Shown: positions 48,618 through 58,373, counted from the stretch's first letter. The stretch: DNA of 64,000 nucleotides from Verrucomicrobiaceae bacterium (GCA_051252135.1 JBPOGH010000008.1:96001-160000), one strand, 5' to 3'. The notes: generated by a model from the letters alone, not told the origin. Made by a program: numbers and translations.

Positions 48618-48699
48618 GGAGCACTATGCGCGGGGTGGAGGTGTTGTCTAAGTGAAATATTGGTCGACAGATCAGGAATCGAATCGAGGGTGCGGGATC

Positions 48700-50181
48700 A
48701 TGGAGGTGAGTCTTGTTTTTCCGCATCAGCTTTTTGAAAAGCATCCGGCGTTGGTGGGCGGGAGGGTGGTTTATCTTGTGGAGGACGCGCTTTTCTTCGG
48801 ACCGGATCCGCATTGGCCGCTGAAATTCCATCGCAAGAAGCTGATTCTCCATCGGGCCTCAATGAAGGCCTATCAGGCGGAGCTGGAGGAGGCAGGCTAT
48901 GAGGTGTGTTACGTGGAGTGTCGTGAGGGGGTGGCGACGGATGAGTTGTTAGCGGAGATTTTTCCCAAAGGGGTGGAGGGGATTCATTGCTGTGATCCGG
49001 TGGATGATGTGTTGGGGCGGAGACTCCGGCGTTTTGCGGAGATGGCCGGGGCGGAGTTGACGATGAATGAATCGCCCAACTTCGTGAGCCCGGAAGACTG
49101 GCTGGAGGAGGTCTTGGGCGGGAAGAAGAAGCCTTTTATGGCAACCTTTTACAAGGCACAGCGGAAGCGGATGGATATCCTGATGGAGGGGGACGGGGAG
49201 CCGACGGGAGGGAAGTGGTCGTTTGACGAGGACAACCGGAAGAAGCTGCCGAAAGGGCAGGTGGTGCCGGAGCCACCGGGGGAGGAGCAGAATGAGTTTG
49301 TGAAGGAGGCTTTGGATTATGTGGAAGAGCGGTTCGAGGATTCGCCGGGTAGGGCGCATGGGTTTGGCTATCCGGTGGACCGGAAGGGGGCCAGGAATTG
49401 GTTGCGGGCGTTCTTTGAGGAACGGTTTCACCTTTTTGGTGACTTTGAGGACGCAATCCACAGCGAGTATCGGGTGATGTTTCACAGTGTGATCACGCCG
49501 TCCCTGAATATTGGGCTGCTGAATCCGCAGGAGGTGGTGGCCGGGGCGCTTGAAGTGGCCGAAGAGCATGGGATTCCGCTAAATACGGTGGAAGGATTCG
49601 TGCGGCAGGTGATCGGGTGGCGGGAGTTTATGCGGGCGATGTATGTGCAGCGGGGGGTGGAGATCCGGAACGGAAACTTTTGGGGGTTTGAGCGGGAGAT
49701 GCCCAAGGCGTTCTATGACGGGACGACGGGGATTGATCCGATTGATGAGACGATCCGGCGGGTGCTTGAGGATGGCTATTGCCACCATATTGAGAGGTTG
49801 ATGGTGCTGGGGAACTTTATGTTGCTGTGCCGGATCCATCCGACGGCGGTTTACCGCTGGTTCATGGAGCTGTTTGTGGATGCCTACGATTGGGTGATGG
49901 TGCCGAATGTTTACGGGATGAGTCAGTTTGCGGACGGCGGTATTTTCACAACGAAGCCATACATCTCGGGATCGAATTATGTACGAAAAATGTCCGACTA
50001 CAAAAAAGGGGACTGGTGTGCGGTGTGGGACGGGTTGTTTTGGACCTTTATCGGGGATTTTCAGGATGTCTTTTTGAAGAATCACCGCCTGTCGCGGATG
50101 GCGCACATGTATGGGCGGATGGATGAGGGGAAACGTGAAGAACACCGGAAGAATGCCGCAGAATTTTTGGAACAACTGTAG
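48700..50181 (+). CDS. Cryptochrome/photolyase family, PhrB/CryPro clade (probable (6-4) photolyase, Fe-S-less type)
   Basis: FPHQLF, GGKWSFDEDNR, FGDFEDA, EGFVRQVIGWREF, HHIERLMVLGN, DAYDWVM.PNV, KPYISGSNY. Confidence 0.92.
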   Translation: MEVSLVFPHQLFEKHPALVGGRVVYLVEDALFFGPDPHWPLKFHRKKLILHRASMKAYQAELEEAGYEVCYVECREGVATDELLAEIFPKGVEGIHCCDPVDDVLGRRLRRFAEMAGAELTMNESPNFVSPEDWLEEVLGGKKKPFMATFYKAQRKRMDILMEGDGEPTGGKWSFDEDNRKKLPKGQVVPEPPGEEQNEFVKEALDYVEERFEDSPGRAHGFGYPVDRKGARNWLRAFFEERFHLFGDFEDAIHSEYRVMFHSVITPSLNIGLLNPQEVVAGALEVAEEHGIPLNTVEGFVRQVIGWREFMRAMYVQRGVEIRNGNFWGFEREMPKAFYDGTTGIDPIDETIRRVLEDGYCHHIERLMVLGNFMLLCRIHPTAVYRWFMELFVDAYDWVMVPNVYGMSQFADGGIFTTKPYISGSNYVRKMSDYKKGDWCAVWDGLFWTFIGDFQDVFLKNHRLSRMAHMYGRMDEGKREEHRKNAAEFLEQL

Positions 50182-50227
50182 CCCTCAGGCTTCAGAGGCG
50201 TGAATCAGGAGATGTACGGGCGCCGCG

Positions 50228-50911
50228 TTATTTCCAAAGCCCGGATTCAAGGGCGGCGTTGGCAGCGTTGGTCTCGGCGACCTTTTTTGACGGCCCGTTG
50301 CCGGTGCCCAGGGCCTTGCCGCACCAGGTGACTTCCGAGGTGAAGACGCGATCATGGGCGGGGCCGCTTTCGTCGATCACGGTGTAGATGGGGGCCTCGG
50401 TGGTGATTTGTTGCAGTATCTCTTGCAGGCGCCCTTTGCTGTTCGCGATCTGGGCGGCCTGGGGATCAAGGAGATCGAGCTCGGGCTTGAGAAGACCGAT
50501 CACGATGTCTCGGGTCCGGTCGAGGCCGGCATCGAGGTAGAGGGCACCAATGACGGCTTCGAGGGCGTCGGCCAGGTTTGAGGCACGGGAGCGTCCTCCG
50601 CTGGATTCCTCGCCATTGCTCATCAGGAGGGCGTGACCGAGCTTGTGGCGTTTCGAGACCTTCGCCAGACTGGGCTTGGAGACAATGCTGGCGCGAAGCT
50701 TGGTGAGAACTCCTTCCTGACAATCGGGAAAGCGGCGGTAGAGGTAGTCGCTGGTGATCAGCTCGAGGACGGCATCACCAAGGTACTCGAGGCGTTGGTT
50801 ATCCGGTGGAGCGGGTCGAATTTCCGAGGAAAGGCTGGGGTGGGAGAGCGCTTCCTTGAGCAAGCCGGAATCGGCAAAGGAATAGGATAGGGTCTCCTCC
50901 AGAGGGTTCAC
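50228..50911 (-). CDS. rnc: Ribonuclease III
   Basis: NQRLEYLGDAVL, LADALEAVIGALYLD; dsRBD K..LQE...GPAH...G.SKK.AE. Confidence 0.97.
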   Translation of the reverse strand: MNPLEETLSYSFADSGLLKEALSHPSLSSEIRPAPPDNQRLEYLGDAVLELITSDYLYRRFPDCQEGVLTKLRASIVSKPSLAKVSKRHKLGHALLMSNGEESSGGRSRASNLADALEAVIGALYLDAGLDRTRDIVIGLLKPELDLLDPQAAQIANSKGRLQEILQQITTEAPIYTVIDESGPAHDRVFTSEVTWCGKALGTGNGPSKKVAETNAANAALESGLWK

Positions 50912-50990
50912 GCGGGAGATGCTAGGATGGAATCGGCTGATGACGAAGATCGAATAAAGTAAAATTGCCGATGGCGACGCTCTCTGGGCG

Positions 50991-51596
50991 ATGAAGCCGC
51001 TTTTTCTTTTCTTCGCGTTCCTGTTGATTGGCTGTCAGGCGGAGCAGCTTGCTCCCGCACCGCCTGCGGCTCCAAAGGCCTATGAACTGGTCAAGGCGGC
51101 TCAGGCTCAGGTCGGAGTGACAACGGGATATGATCCGGCTTATGTCGGATTGAGTTATCCGGGAGGCGATGTGCCGGAGGAAACCGGAGTGTGCACCGAT
51201 GTCGCAATCCGCTCATTACGGCAGGTGGGTTTTGATCTGCAAAAACTGGTGCATGAGGACATGAAGGCCCATTTTTCGAAGTATCCCAAAATCTGGGGGC
51301 TAAAGCGGCCGGACCGAAATATCGATCATCGCCGCGTGCCCAATCTCATGACCTATTTTCAGCGACGGGGAGCGTCGGTTCCGGTGACCAAGGAGAAGCG
51401 GGATTATTTGGCCGGAGATCTGGTCACCTGCACGGTCGCGGGAAACCGACCCCATATCATGATCGTGTCAGACAAGCGCACCGCGAACGGGACACCGCTG
51501 GTGATTCACAACATCGGGGCAGGAGCGCAGGAAGAGGACCGACTGTTTAGTTTTCCGATCACCGGACACTACCGGTGGTTTGCAGAGAAAAAATAG
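50991..51596 (+). CDS. DUF1287 (YijF-like) lipoprotein
   Basis: Lipobox LIGC; YDPAY..LSYPGGDVP..GVCTDV, DRNIDHRRVPNL, HNIGAG. Confidence 0.9.
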   Translation: MKPLFLFFAFLLIGCQAEQLAPAPPAAPKAYELVKAAQAQVGVTTGYDPAYVGLSYPGGDVPEETGVCTDVAIRSLRQVGFDLQKLVHEDMKAHFSKYPKIWGLKRPDRNIDHRRVPNLMTYFQRRGASVPVTKEKRDYLAGDLVTCTVAGNRPHIMIVSDKRTANGTPLVIHNIGAGAQEEDRLFSFPITGHYRWFAEKK

Positions 51597-51599
51597 GTC

Positions 51600-52079
51600 C
51601 TACAATTTCTTCTCCATGAAGAGGGCCTGACCCATCGCGGGGTCCAGCTCGTAGCCCTGAAACCCGTATTGTTCATAGACGTGCTTGGCGACGGTGTTTC
51701 CTTCGAGAACTTCGAGGGTGATCTTGCAGCAGCCAAGGGAACGGGCGACTTTTTCGACCTCTGACATAAGGCCCTTGGCGAGCCCCCGACCCCGATAGGC
51801 GGCAGTGATGGCGAAGTCGTGAATGTTGAGAATAGGCAGGCAGGCAAAGGTAGAAAAGGCCTCGAAGCAGATGGCGACGCCCACCGGAAAATCATTATCC
51901 ATTGCCAGGACAAGGTGACAGCTGGGGCGGGCAGCGAGTTTGGTGACGAGGTTCCTTTTTGTTTCCTCCGGCAGCCCTTCGCCGCCTCCGGTGATGCCGG
52001 ATGCGTATTCATTCATGAGAGAAATGAGAGCCTCCCGATGTTGGGCGTTGGTGAAATCGGGAGCAAAGAAGCGAACCAT
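51600..52079 (-). CDS. GNAT family N-acetyltransferase
   Basis: FSTF...P.LNIHD, YRGRGLA, GCCKITLEVLEGN..A..Y...GF; start at ATG 52079. Confidence 0.9.
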   Translation of the reverse strand: MVRFFAPDFTNAQHREALISLMNEYASGITGGGEGLPEETKRNLVTKLAARPSCHLVLAMDNDFPVGVAICFEAFSTFACLPILNIHDFAITAAYRGRGLAKGLMSEVEKVARSLGCCKITLEVLEGNTVAKHVYEQYGFQGYELDPAMGQALFMEKKL

Positions 52080-52089
52080 CCTTGTACGT

Positions 52090-52126
52090 AAAAATTCCCC
52101 CCTTGAAGTGCAAGGGGGGAATTTTT
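52090..52126. terminator. Strong intrinsic terminator after the TPR gene
   Basis: AAAAATTCCCCCCTTG-aagtg-CAAGGGGGGAATTTTT; perfect 16-bp arms. Confidence 0.85.
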
Positions 52127-52138
52127 GACGCGGGAGGG

Positions 52139-53383
52139 TTATTGGAGCTTCTCCAGAGCTTCCCTGGCCTCTCGTGAAACTTCTGAAACAGGGGCTTGGG
52201 TCAAAGATGCCTTGAAGAATTTTTTTGCCGCCCCTCTGTCCCCCCCGTCCCGGGCAATGAGTCCGGCATGGTATTGCATCGCGGGATATTTGACCCCCAC
52301 GGCTAGCGCGCGGTCCATTTGATCCCGCGCCTCGGAAAATTTTCCATTGGCGTGAAGCGCAAGGGCATAGGCCCAAAGCGTGCGGAAGTCCTGCCGGTTA
52401 CCCATTTCAATCCGGGCGATGCGAAGGGCTTCGGCGGGTTTGCCGGCGAACTCAGCATAATACTCGGTCAGCTCGCGGTTGGCGTTGTCGACGTTGGTGG
52501 ATTCGTTCAGGGCACCCTTCTCAAATTCCGCAAAGGCCTTTGCTGCCTCGTCATCTTTGCCGGCCCTCTTCAAGGCTTTGGCGAGGTAGTATTGATTCTC
52601 GGGATGAGGAGCGGCTTCGAAATGCCGGCGATGGAGAGCCAGTGCGCGGTCGAAATCCCCTTGGGCAGTGCGCACTTCAGCAAGGTTGAACAGGGCGTAG
52701 TGGTAGTCGGGAAAGAGCTTAAGCGCTTCCTGATGGGCGGCATCGGCAGCCTTCAACTCGTTCTTCAAAAGGAAAAGGTGCCCGAGATGGGTCAGGAGCC
52801 AGGCGCGGTCTTCAAGCTCGGCAGGGCGGATGCGGTTAAAGGCCTTTTTCATGAGATCAATGGCTCCATCAAAGTCGCCATAGTGCTCACGAAGGTAGGC
52901 CGCACGCGTGAGTCCGGGAGCGCCGCCGGGATCCATATCGAGAGCCCACTGCGCAGCGGTTTCAGCTTCCGCGTAGTTGCCGGTCTCGATGGCGGCATCG
53001 GTTTGCATCGCATGAACCATGGCGTCATCACCGGCGCGTTTGGCAAGCTCGCGGGATTTGCCAAGGGCCTTTTGGAATTCATGTTGGCCAAGGAGAATCC
53101 ACGCTTCGGCTTTGAGGGCCGGAAAATTGTTGGGTTCCAGTTGAAGGGCCTTTTCAACGGCCTCCATTCCGGCGGAATAGAATTCGCCATCGGCAGTCTC
53201 GCGGGCACGGGCGGCATAGGCCATGGCGAGGGGGGCGTAGAGATCGGCCTTCTCCGGTGAGGCTTCCACCCGTTTGGTGGCAGCGGCAATTTTAAGCTCG
53301 GCAGGAGAGAGATTCTCCTGCGCGGAAAGGAAGGTGCTCGCGAGCGCGAGCGCCCCGGCGATTGAAAGTTGAAGTGAAGTCAT
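52139..53383 (-). CDS. Secreted TPR protein (DUF4331-associated)
   Basis: Signal peptide; RARETAD..Y, multiple TPRs, YHAG.I. Confidence 0.85.
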   Translation of the reverse strand: MTSLQLSIAGALALASTFLSAQENLSPAELKIAAATKRVEASPEKADLYAPLAMAYAARARETADGEFYSAGMEAVEKALQLEPNNFPALKAEAWILLGQHEFQKALGKSRELAKRAGDDAMVHAMQTDAAIETGNYAEAETAAQWALDMDPGGAPGLTRAAYLREHYGDFDGAIDLMKKAFNRIRPAELEDRAWLLTHLGHLFLLKNELKAADAAHQEALKLFPDYHYALFNLAEVRTAQGDFDRALALHRRHFEAAPHPENQYYLAKALKRAGKDDEAAKAFAEFEKGALNESTNVDNANRELTEYYAEFAGKPAEALRIARIEMGNRQDFRTLWAYALALHANGKFSEARDQMDRALAVGVKYPAMQYHAGLIARDGGDRGAAKKFFKASLTQAPVSEVSREAREALEKLQ

Positions 53384-53410
53384 TGGACGGATCGTAAAAT
53401 TGGGTTTGAG

Positions 53411-53444
53411 AAAAATGGGGGAGGCCCCGAAGCGCCTCCCCCAT
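53411..53444 (-). terminator. Intrinsic terminator after the DUF4331 gene
   Basis: Minus strand ATGGGGGAGGC-gcttcggg-GCCTCCCCCAT-TTTT. Confidence 0.8.
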
Positions 53445-53488
53445 CATGTTGCTATGGCATGTGCTCAACAGTTGGGATTCGGATATGA

Positions 53489-55030
53489 TTAGTTTCCGCG
53501 TCCACTTGGAGCGCTACCGAGGTAAGGGAAGGTGGTCCGATACGCGGTGTCATTGGAGTTCACTCCATCACCGAGCATGTCATTGACTCCGGCGGTGAAA
53601 TAATCCCCATCAGCGGCAGGGGTGCCCCCGGCTAGGACTCCACCAACGACGACGCGCAGGGCGATGTCAGTGACATCGTCAAAAAGACGGCGACCATTTG
53701 GAAATCCGGCACTATCACCAGCGATGAATCCCAGGCGGCTGGCATTTGCAACCGGAGTGGCAGGAATCGTCAGATTGAGTCGGAGGAGATCGGCAATGGG
53801 ACCGGGATGATCCGAGTTCGCGGCGATGGGCGGAATATATTGAACCAGTGGGAAAAGGTCCGTGCGCGGAGGTGCGGGGATCCCCAGTGCTCCACCGTAA
53901 AGGGCATTTGCCACGCGGGCCACAACCGGATCGGTGACGAAGTCAGCGAACTGGGCGTCGTTGAGGGGCTGGTCCATGCTGAATTTGTTCTTCATGCCGG
54001 TGCCGATAATGAGCTCGTTGATCAACGGATTGCCCATGCGCTGAATTTGGCGGAACGTTCCGGAGCTGCGGGCGTCAAAGGGAGCGCGTCGCACGGTGAC
54101 CCGTGGGCGTGAGGTGGTCGCCCAAATCCCAAGGGTATCGGTAATTTCCGGTCCGCCGGCTGTGGCCGCGAGCACGGAAATAGGAACTTCAAGTGCGATC
54201 GCGTTGACGGCATAGCCGGCAACGTAGTCGGGAGCATAACTGGTAGTGGCTGCATCTTCGGCAGCAGTCATCACTCCGGGGATACCACTGGCTCCGGTGC
54301 GGAAGTTCACCGTGTCGAAAGCACCACCCAGATCGATCCAAAATGGATCATCAACCGTTCCCACGAACGATGACACTCCGGAGGTGAGTCCGGTATAGGT
54401 TCCCGCGGTGAAAAGGGCTTCGTAGTCCATTGTTCGGGGTCCGACGTTGGCCGGCACTGCATGCAACGGGCCTCCACCAACGATGGAAGTCTCACCGGAT
54501 GCGGTAATCATGGAAATGGTGTAGGTTTGAATCTGACCCAAACCGGCATCTGAAAATTCATCAATGCGGTCAGGCACCACGGGGGAACCGACCGTGCTCG
54601 CTCCAGCTGAATTGGGAGGTGAATTGGCAGGAGCATTTGCCCCCCCGGCGATTCCCGCCATGGTCGTGAAAACATTGGGAAGACGTTGCTCGGTGGTGAA
54701 ACGAAACTGAAACGTTACGTCGGCCTGGGCATCGTTGTTGTTGTCCACCTTGATCTCATAACTGATGTCATCATCGAAGGGAAAATAGTTCGGGCCGTTG
54801 CCCGGCTCAAGGAGCGGGTCAACACACATGATGAGAGTGACCGTGTCGGGATCGTTGCCGGGATCTGCGTCGCCATCATAGCTTCTGAAAGCGAAGATGT
54901 CGGTGATATCGGCCTTGTGATCGAGCGCGGTAATGGGCGCTTCGCGATGGTTCGCCGCCATTGCCTGTCCGGCAATGAGGGGAATGGTGCTGACGAGTGC
55001 GGCAGCAGATGTTGCGTATTTTCTTTTCAT
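53489..55030 (-). CDS. DUF4331 family secreted protein
   Basis: ANHREAP...DITDIFAF, DDPFWIDL, Q..RMGNPLINE, DLLRLN, GFPNGRR..DDV.DI, FPYL. Confidence 0.9.
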   Translation of the reverse strand: MKRKYATSAAALVSTIPLIAGQAMAANHREAPITALDHKADITDIFAFRSYDGDADPGNDPDTVTLIMCVDPLLEPGNGPNYFPFDDDISYEIKVDNNNDAQADVTFQFRFTTEQRLPNVFTTMAGIAGGANAPANSPPNSAGASTVGSPVVPDRIDEFSDAGLGQIQTYTISMITASGETSIVGGGPLHAVPANVGPRTMDYEALFTAGTYTGLTSGVSSFVGTVDDPFWIDLGGAFDTVNFRTGASGIPGVMTAAEDAATTSYAPDYVAGYAVNAIALEVPISVLAATAGGPEITDTLGIWATTSRPRVTVRRAPFDARSSGTFRQIQRMGNPLINELIIGTGMKNKFSMDQPLNDAQFADFVTDPVVARVANALYGGALGIPAPPRTDLFPLVQYIPPIAANSDHPGPIADLLRLNLTIPATPVANASRLGFIAGDSAGFPNGRRLFDDVTDIALRVVVGGVLAGGTPAADGDYFTAGVNDMLGDGVNSNDTAYRTTFPYLGSAPSGRGN

Positions 55031-55070
55031 ATTTTTAGCGTTGATTTGAGAAGGTTTGCATCGGTGCGGC

Positions 55071-55958
55071 CTACGAGGCTTTTTCGATGCGGAAAAAATG
55101 GGATCTGCCGAGCTCGGCGATGTTGAATTCCACCCGCCCGTAGCCCCCGGAATCAGTCATGATTGATCCCCCGGAGGGTGAAATGATGGTGGGAAAGGAG
55201 CCTCCTGGCACCGGAGCTGCCTTGATGACATGCATGGAAGACGGGTCGGAGGTGAACTCGATGACGTAGGTCACAGGATCCAACAGACCTGCATTTTTGA
55301 CCACGACCGGAGCTGGAGGCGCCGTCTCTTCGAGCTGAAGGGAGATGGACCCGAGGGAAGCCACAATACCTGCCGCATTGACGTCATTTCCTCCGTCGAT
55401 AACCGCATCGAACTCGATGATGATGTCGTTCGACGGGGAGAAGGTTGAAGTCGAATCCGGCTCCATGATGCCCTCGGGCGCAACAAAGGAAAAGAGGGTG
55501 GCGAGTGAATCTCCGTTCGATCGGAGATCGATCAGAGTATCCACGCCTGCATTGGAATTTTCTCCAACAGTGGCGTCGAAAAGCGAGAGGGAGGCACGGT
55601 TTACAAACACCCCGGAAACCCTAAAGGAAAAGCGAAGTTGAAAAAAATCCTCGGCAGTGACTCCATCCATCACCTCGAAACGAAATCCCGGTTGGCCGGG
55701 GCTCGTGACAGGAACAACGTCAATAAAGTCGCTGAAGAATCCGGTCGCTCCTTCTTGCAAAGGGAGAAGTTGGAAATCAGAAAAGAGGGCGTTTCCAATG
55801 ATCACTCCGGTATCAAGCTCAAGGTACTCGGCAAGCGATCCTTCAAAGGCTGGCGTCTGGGCGGAAGCGATTCCCGAAAGCCCGAACATCATGCCCGCCA
55901 AGCCGCTGATCCGCCCAAGGTTCAAACGGCGGGCGGCGGGACATGATGCCAGGTTCAT
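55071..55958 (-). CDS. Secreted protein with C-terminal '..FFR' module
   Basis: Signal ending ASA-Q; beta-rich body; ends GRSHFFRIEKAS. Confidence 0.7.
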   Translation of the reverse strand: MNLASCPAARRLNLGRISGLAGMMFGLSGIASAQTPAFEGSLAEYLELDTGVIIGNALFSDFQLLPLQEGATGFFSDFIDVVPVTSPGQPGFRFEVMDGVTAEDFFQLRFSFRVSGVFVNRASLSLFDATVGENSNAGVDTLIDLRSNGDSLATLFSFVAPEGIMEPDSTSTFSPSNDIIIEFDAVIDGGNDVNAAGIVASLGSISLQLEETAPPAPVVVKNAGLLDPVTYVIEFTSDPSSMHVIKAAPVPGGSFPTIISPSGGSIMTDSGGYGRVEFNIAELGRSHFFRIEKAS

Positions 55959-55997
55959 TGCAGTATTGTCGGTTCAGGGTGAACATGCAGTGAAAAC

Positions 55998-56690
55998 CTA
56001 AGAGCGGCGGCGGCGGCCGATCAGTGCAAGGCAACCCACTCCGGCGAGAAGTGTGGCCCCGGGCTCCGGAACCACCTCGCGGGTAATTGAGTTGATGCTG
56101 AAAGAGACGCCCGGATCAATGGTCTCAAAATCAAAGGTAAGGGAGTCCAGCGATCCGAAGTCGACCCCTCCGTTTACAAATGCCGGATCATCAAAGGAGA
56201 AGGAGTAAAATCCACCGGTGGTCAGCGCGGGAATCGCGGCCTGCGCCATGCTTCCATCGCTGTCCGAGACCGTAAGACGGAGGTCAAGCGCCCCACCGGA
56301 AATACTTGCCAGGTCCACGCGGAGAAAATTCCAGTTGGTATTGAAGTCTGCTCCTCCCAGCCCGGCCGAACCTGCTCCATCATATCGGAGATTGAGAGAA
56401 CCAAGAGCGTCAGGACTATCAGCGGAAACGGCGAGCACGATGGCACCATTGGTTCCCACAGGTCCCGGCCCAACGGGAGCATTTACCGAGGCAGTGAGGG
56501 ATCCAAGGTCAGCGGTCAAGACGACTTCGCGCTCGCCACCCAGGAGATTTCCACCGGCTCCGGTTTGAATGGCACTGTTGGTGGCATCGGTTGCGCTGAG
56601 GCTGAATCCGCCATCGCTGATGAAGTCAACGTGGTTGGCATGGGCCGACGCAAGCGCGAGGGACGAGAGGGAAAGAATGCGGTAGTTCAT
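55998..56690 (-). CDS. PEP-CTERM protein
   Basis: Start MNYRILSLSSLALASAHA at 56690; tail VVPEPGATLLAGVGCLALIGRRRRS. Confidence 0.92.
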   Translation of the reverse strand: MNYRILSLSSLALASAHANHVDFISDGGFSLSATDATNSAIQTGAGGNLLGGEREVVLTADLGSLTASVNAPVGPGPVGTNGAIVLAVSADSPDALGSLNLRYDGAGSAGLGGADFNTNWNFLRVDLASISGGALDLRLTVSDSDGSMAQAAIPALTTGGFYSFSFDDPAFVNGGVDFGSLDSLTFDFETIDPGVSFSINSITREVVPEPGATLLAGVGCLALIGRRRRS

Positions 56691-56747
56691 AATTTTAGTG
56701 ATCGGTTGGTGCCAGTCGCACCTGCTTTCGAAAGATTCATTGCAAGC

Positions 56748-56773
56748 AACGAAGAAGTCCGGAGACCGGATGC
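56748..56773 (-). promoter_or_regulatory. Possible ECF (SigK-like) promoter for the PEP-CTERM/DUF4331/TPR operon
   Basis: GCATCC-N16-CGTT, about 60 nt upstream of ATG 56690. Confidence 0.4.
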
Positions 56774-56912
56774 AACAAATGAGCCTTTTTCCATAATCCG
56801 GTTTCCCCGACCCTTCGTTGACTGGGTCGATGAGCGGCTTCAGGTCAGGCGCTTCAAAGAAGCGGGGAAGTTTTCCCTTGTCCTTAATCAATTCATCAAC
56901 GAGAGATCCAAG

Positions 56913-57569
56913 ATGGCCAAACCGGAATCCTGTCTTACCCAAAAACCGCGTTCTGCACTGAAATGGGTCACGTTGGCAGCGTTGTGCACGACCGCGTTCT
57001 TCGCTGTTGTGGTCTTCCCGCCAAGGGATGCTGAAGACAACGGGGTAGCTCGCGAAGCAGACCAACAATTGAAAATCGTGGCACGGACAGATCCGGAATT
57101 CCCCGGTAGTGCCTCGTTCACAAAGCACACCCAATCTGCCAAATCCGGACTCCTGAAAGGGGAAAATCTACACGATGAAGTCCAGGGGGTCATCGACAGT
57201 AAGGGGCCTGAAAAGGCGGCCAACATCCTGCGTGACCGATACCGGGCGACTCCGGCCATCCAAAGACAGGCCATTGAACTGGTCGCTTCCACTTGGGCGG
57301 AATTAGCTCCACGTGAAACCTGGAAATGGATAGCGGACAACCTTGTCGAAAATGAGTCCTCGGTGACTGAAGAGGAAAAAACCAAGCTGTGGCGCGCGGC
57401 TGTGAGTGGCTACATCGGCGGAGCAGTGGTCAGCGATCCGGAGAGCGCGGCCGGCGCGGCCGAACTGTTGGAACCCACGACAGACGCCACCGATGATAAA
57501 ATTCTACGGGAGTATCCCGGCGATCCGGGGAGACCGAAGGATCCGGATTTTTTGACCAAAGAGCGATAG
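56913..57569 (+). CDS. Hypothetical membrane-anchored protein
   Basis: One N-terminal TM; VASTWAELAP..TWKWI helical motif. Confidence 0.6.
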   Translation: MAKPESCLTQKPRSALKWVTLAALCTTAFFAVVVFPPRDAEDNGVAREADQQLKIVARTDPEFPGSASFTKHTQSAKSGLLKGENLHDEVQGVIDSKGPEKAANILRDRYRATPAIQRQAIELVASTWAELAPRETWKWIADNLVENESSVTEEEKTKLWRAAVSGYIGGAVVSDPESAAGAAELLEPTTDATDDKILREYPGDPGRPKDPDFLTKER

Positions 57570-57638
57570 TTTGCCCACTGCCGGCCCATCTCTCCCACTC
57601 TTTGCAATCTTTACACGCCACTGCCCGTAGAGCTTTAC

Positions 57639-58373
57639 ATGGCTCCGTTCCGTACTCCTCTTATCACACTTCTTTCCTTCGGCATTCTTGGCACTCCACT
57701 CATCGCCGGGCCCGATCAGGAAGCTCCCCCCAAAGCGTTAATCGATGGCACCGGACCCGGGTGGAAACCACTCGGGGAAGCCGACTTCGTCAACGTCAAC
57801 TGCAAGCCCGATACCTGGACCTGGAAAGAGGGTCACGCCTTTTGCACCGGCCAACCCGTCGGTGTCATCCGCTCCAAGGCTCCCATCAAAAACTTCGAAC
57901 TCGTCTGCGAATGGATGCACAAAAAAGATGCCGGAAATTCAGGCGTCTTCCTCTGGGCCAGTGAGGATTCCATCAAAAAACTCGAAGCCGGCAACGGCCT
58001 GCTTCCCGATGGCATTGAAGTCCAGGTTCTCGACCTCGGATACGCCGCCCAATACGAAAAGCAGACCAAAAAACCCGCCGACTGGTTCACCTCCCACGGC
58101 GACGTCTTCCCCACCGGACCCGCCAAAATGACCCCCTTCCCACCCGTCGCCCCCAACGGCAAACGCAGCTTCCCCAGCAAAAATCTCACCAAAGGAATCA
58201 ACCGGTGGAACCACTACTACATCCGTGCCATCAACGGAGAAGTGCGCCTCTGGGTCAATGGCGAGGAAGTCTCCGGCGGAACCAACTGCGACCCCGCCAA
58301 CGGCTACCTCTGCCTCGAGTCCGAAGGCTCACCCATCGAATTCAAAAACATCCGCCTTCGCATCCTCCCCTGA
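57639..58373 (+). CDS. DUF1080 (3-keto-disaccharide hydrolase-like) protein
   Basis: NFEL..EW, GNSGVF, GIEVQVLD, WNHYYI, GYLCLESEGSPIEFKNIRLR. Confidence 0.9.
   Translation: MAPFRTPLITLLSFGILGTPLIAGPDQEAPPKALIDGTGPGWKPLGEADFVNVNCKPDTWTWKEGHAFCTGQPVGVIRSKAPIKNFELVCEWMHKKDAGNSGVFLWASEDSIKKLEAGNGLLPDGIEVQVLDLGYAAQYEKQTKKPADWFTSHGDVFPTGPAKMTPFPPVAPNGKRSFPSKNLTKGINRWNHYYIRAINGEVRLWVNGEEVSGGTNCDPANGYLCLESEGSPIEFKNIRLRILP

Noticed and set aside
52080..52376. Extended GNAT N-terminus (258-aa version)
   Set aside because: It crosses a terminator and overlaps the TPR gene
56691..57134. Extended N-termini of the 378-aa and 334-aa track ORFs
   Set aside because: The signal peptide/TM begins at ATG 56690 and ATG 56913; the extensions overlap each other
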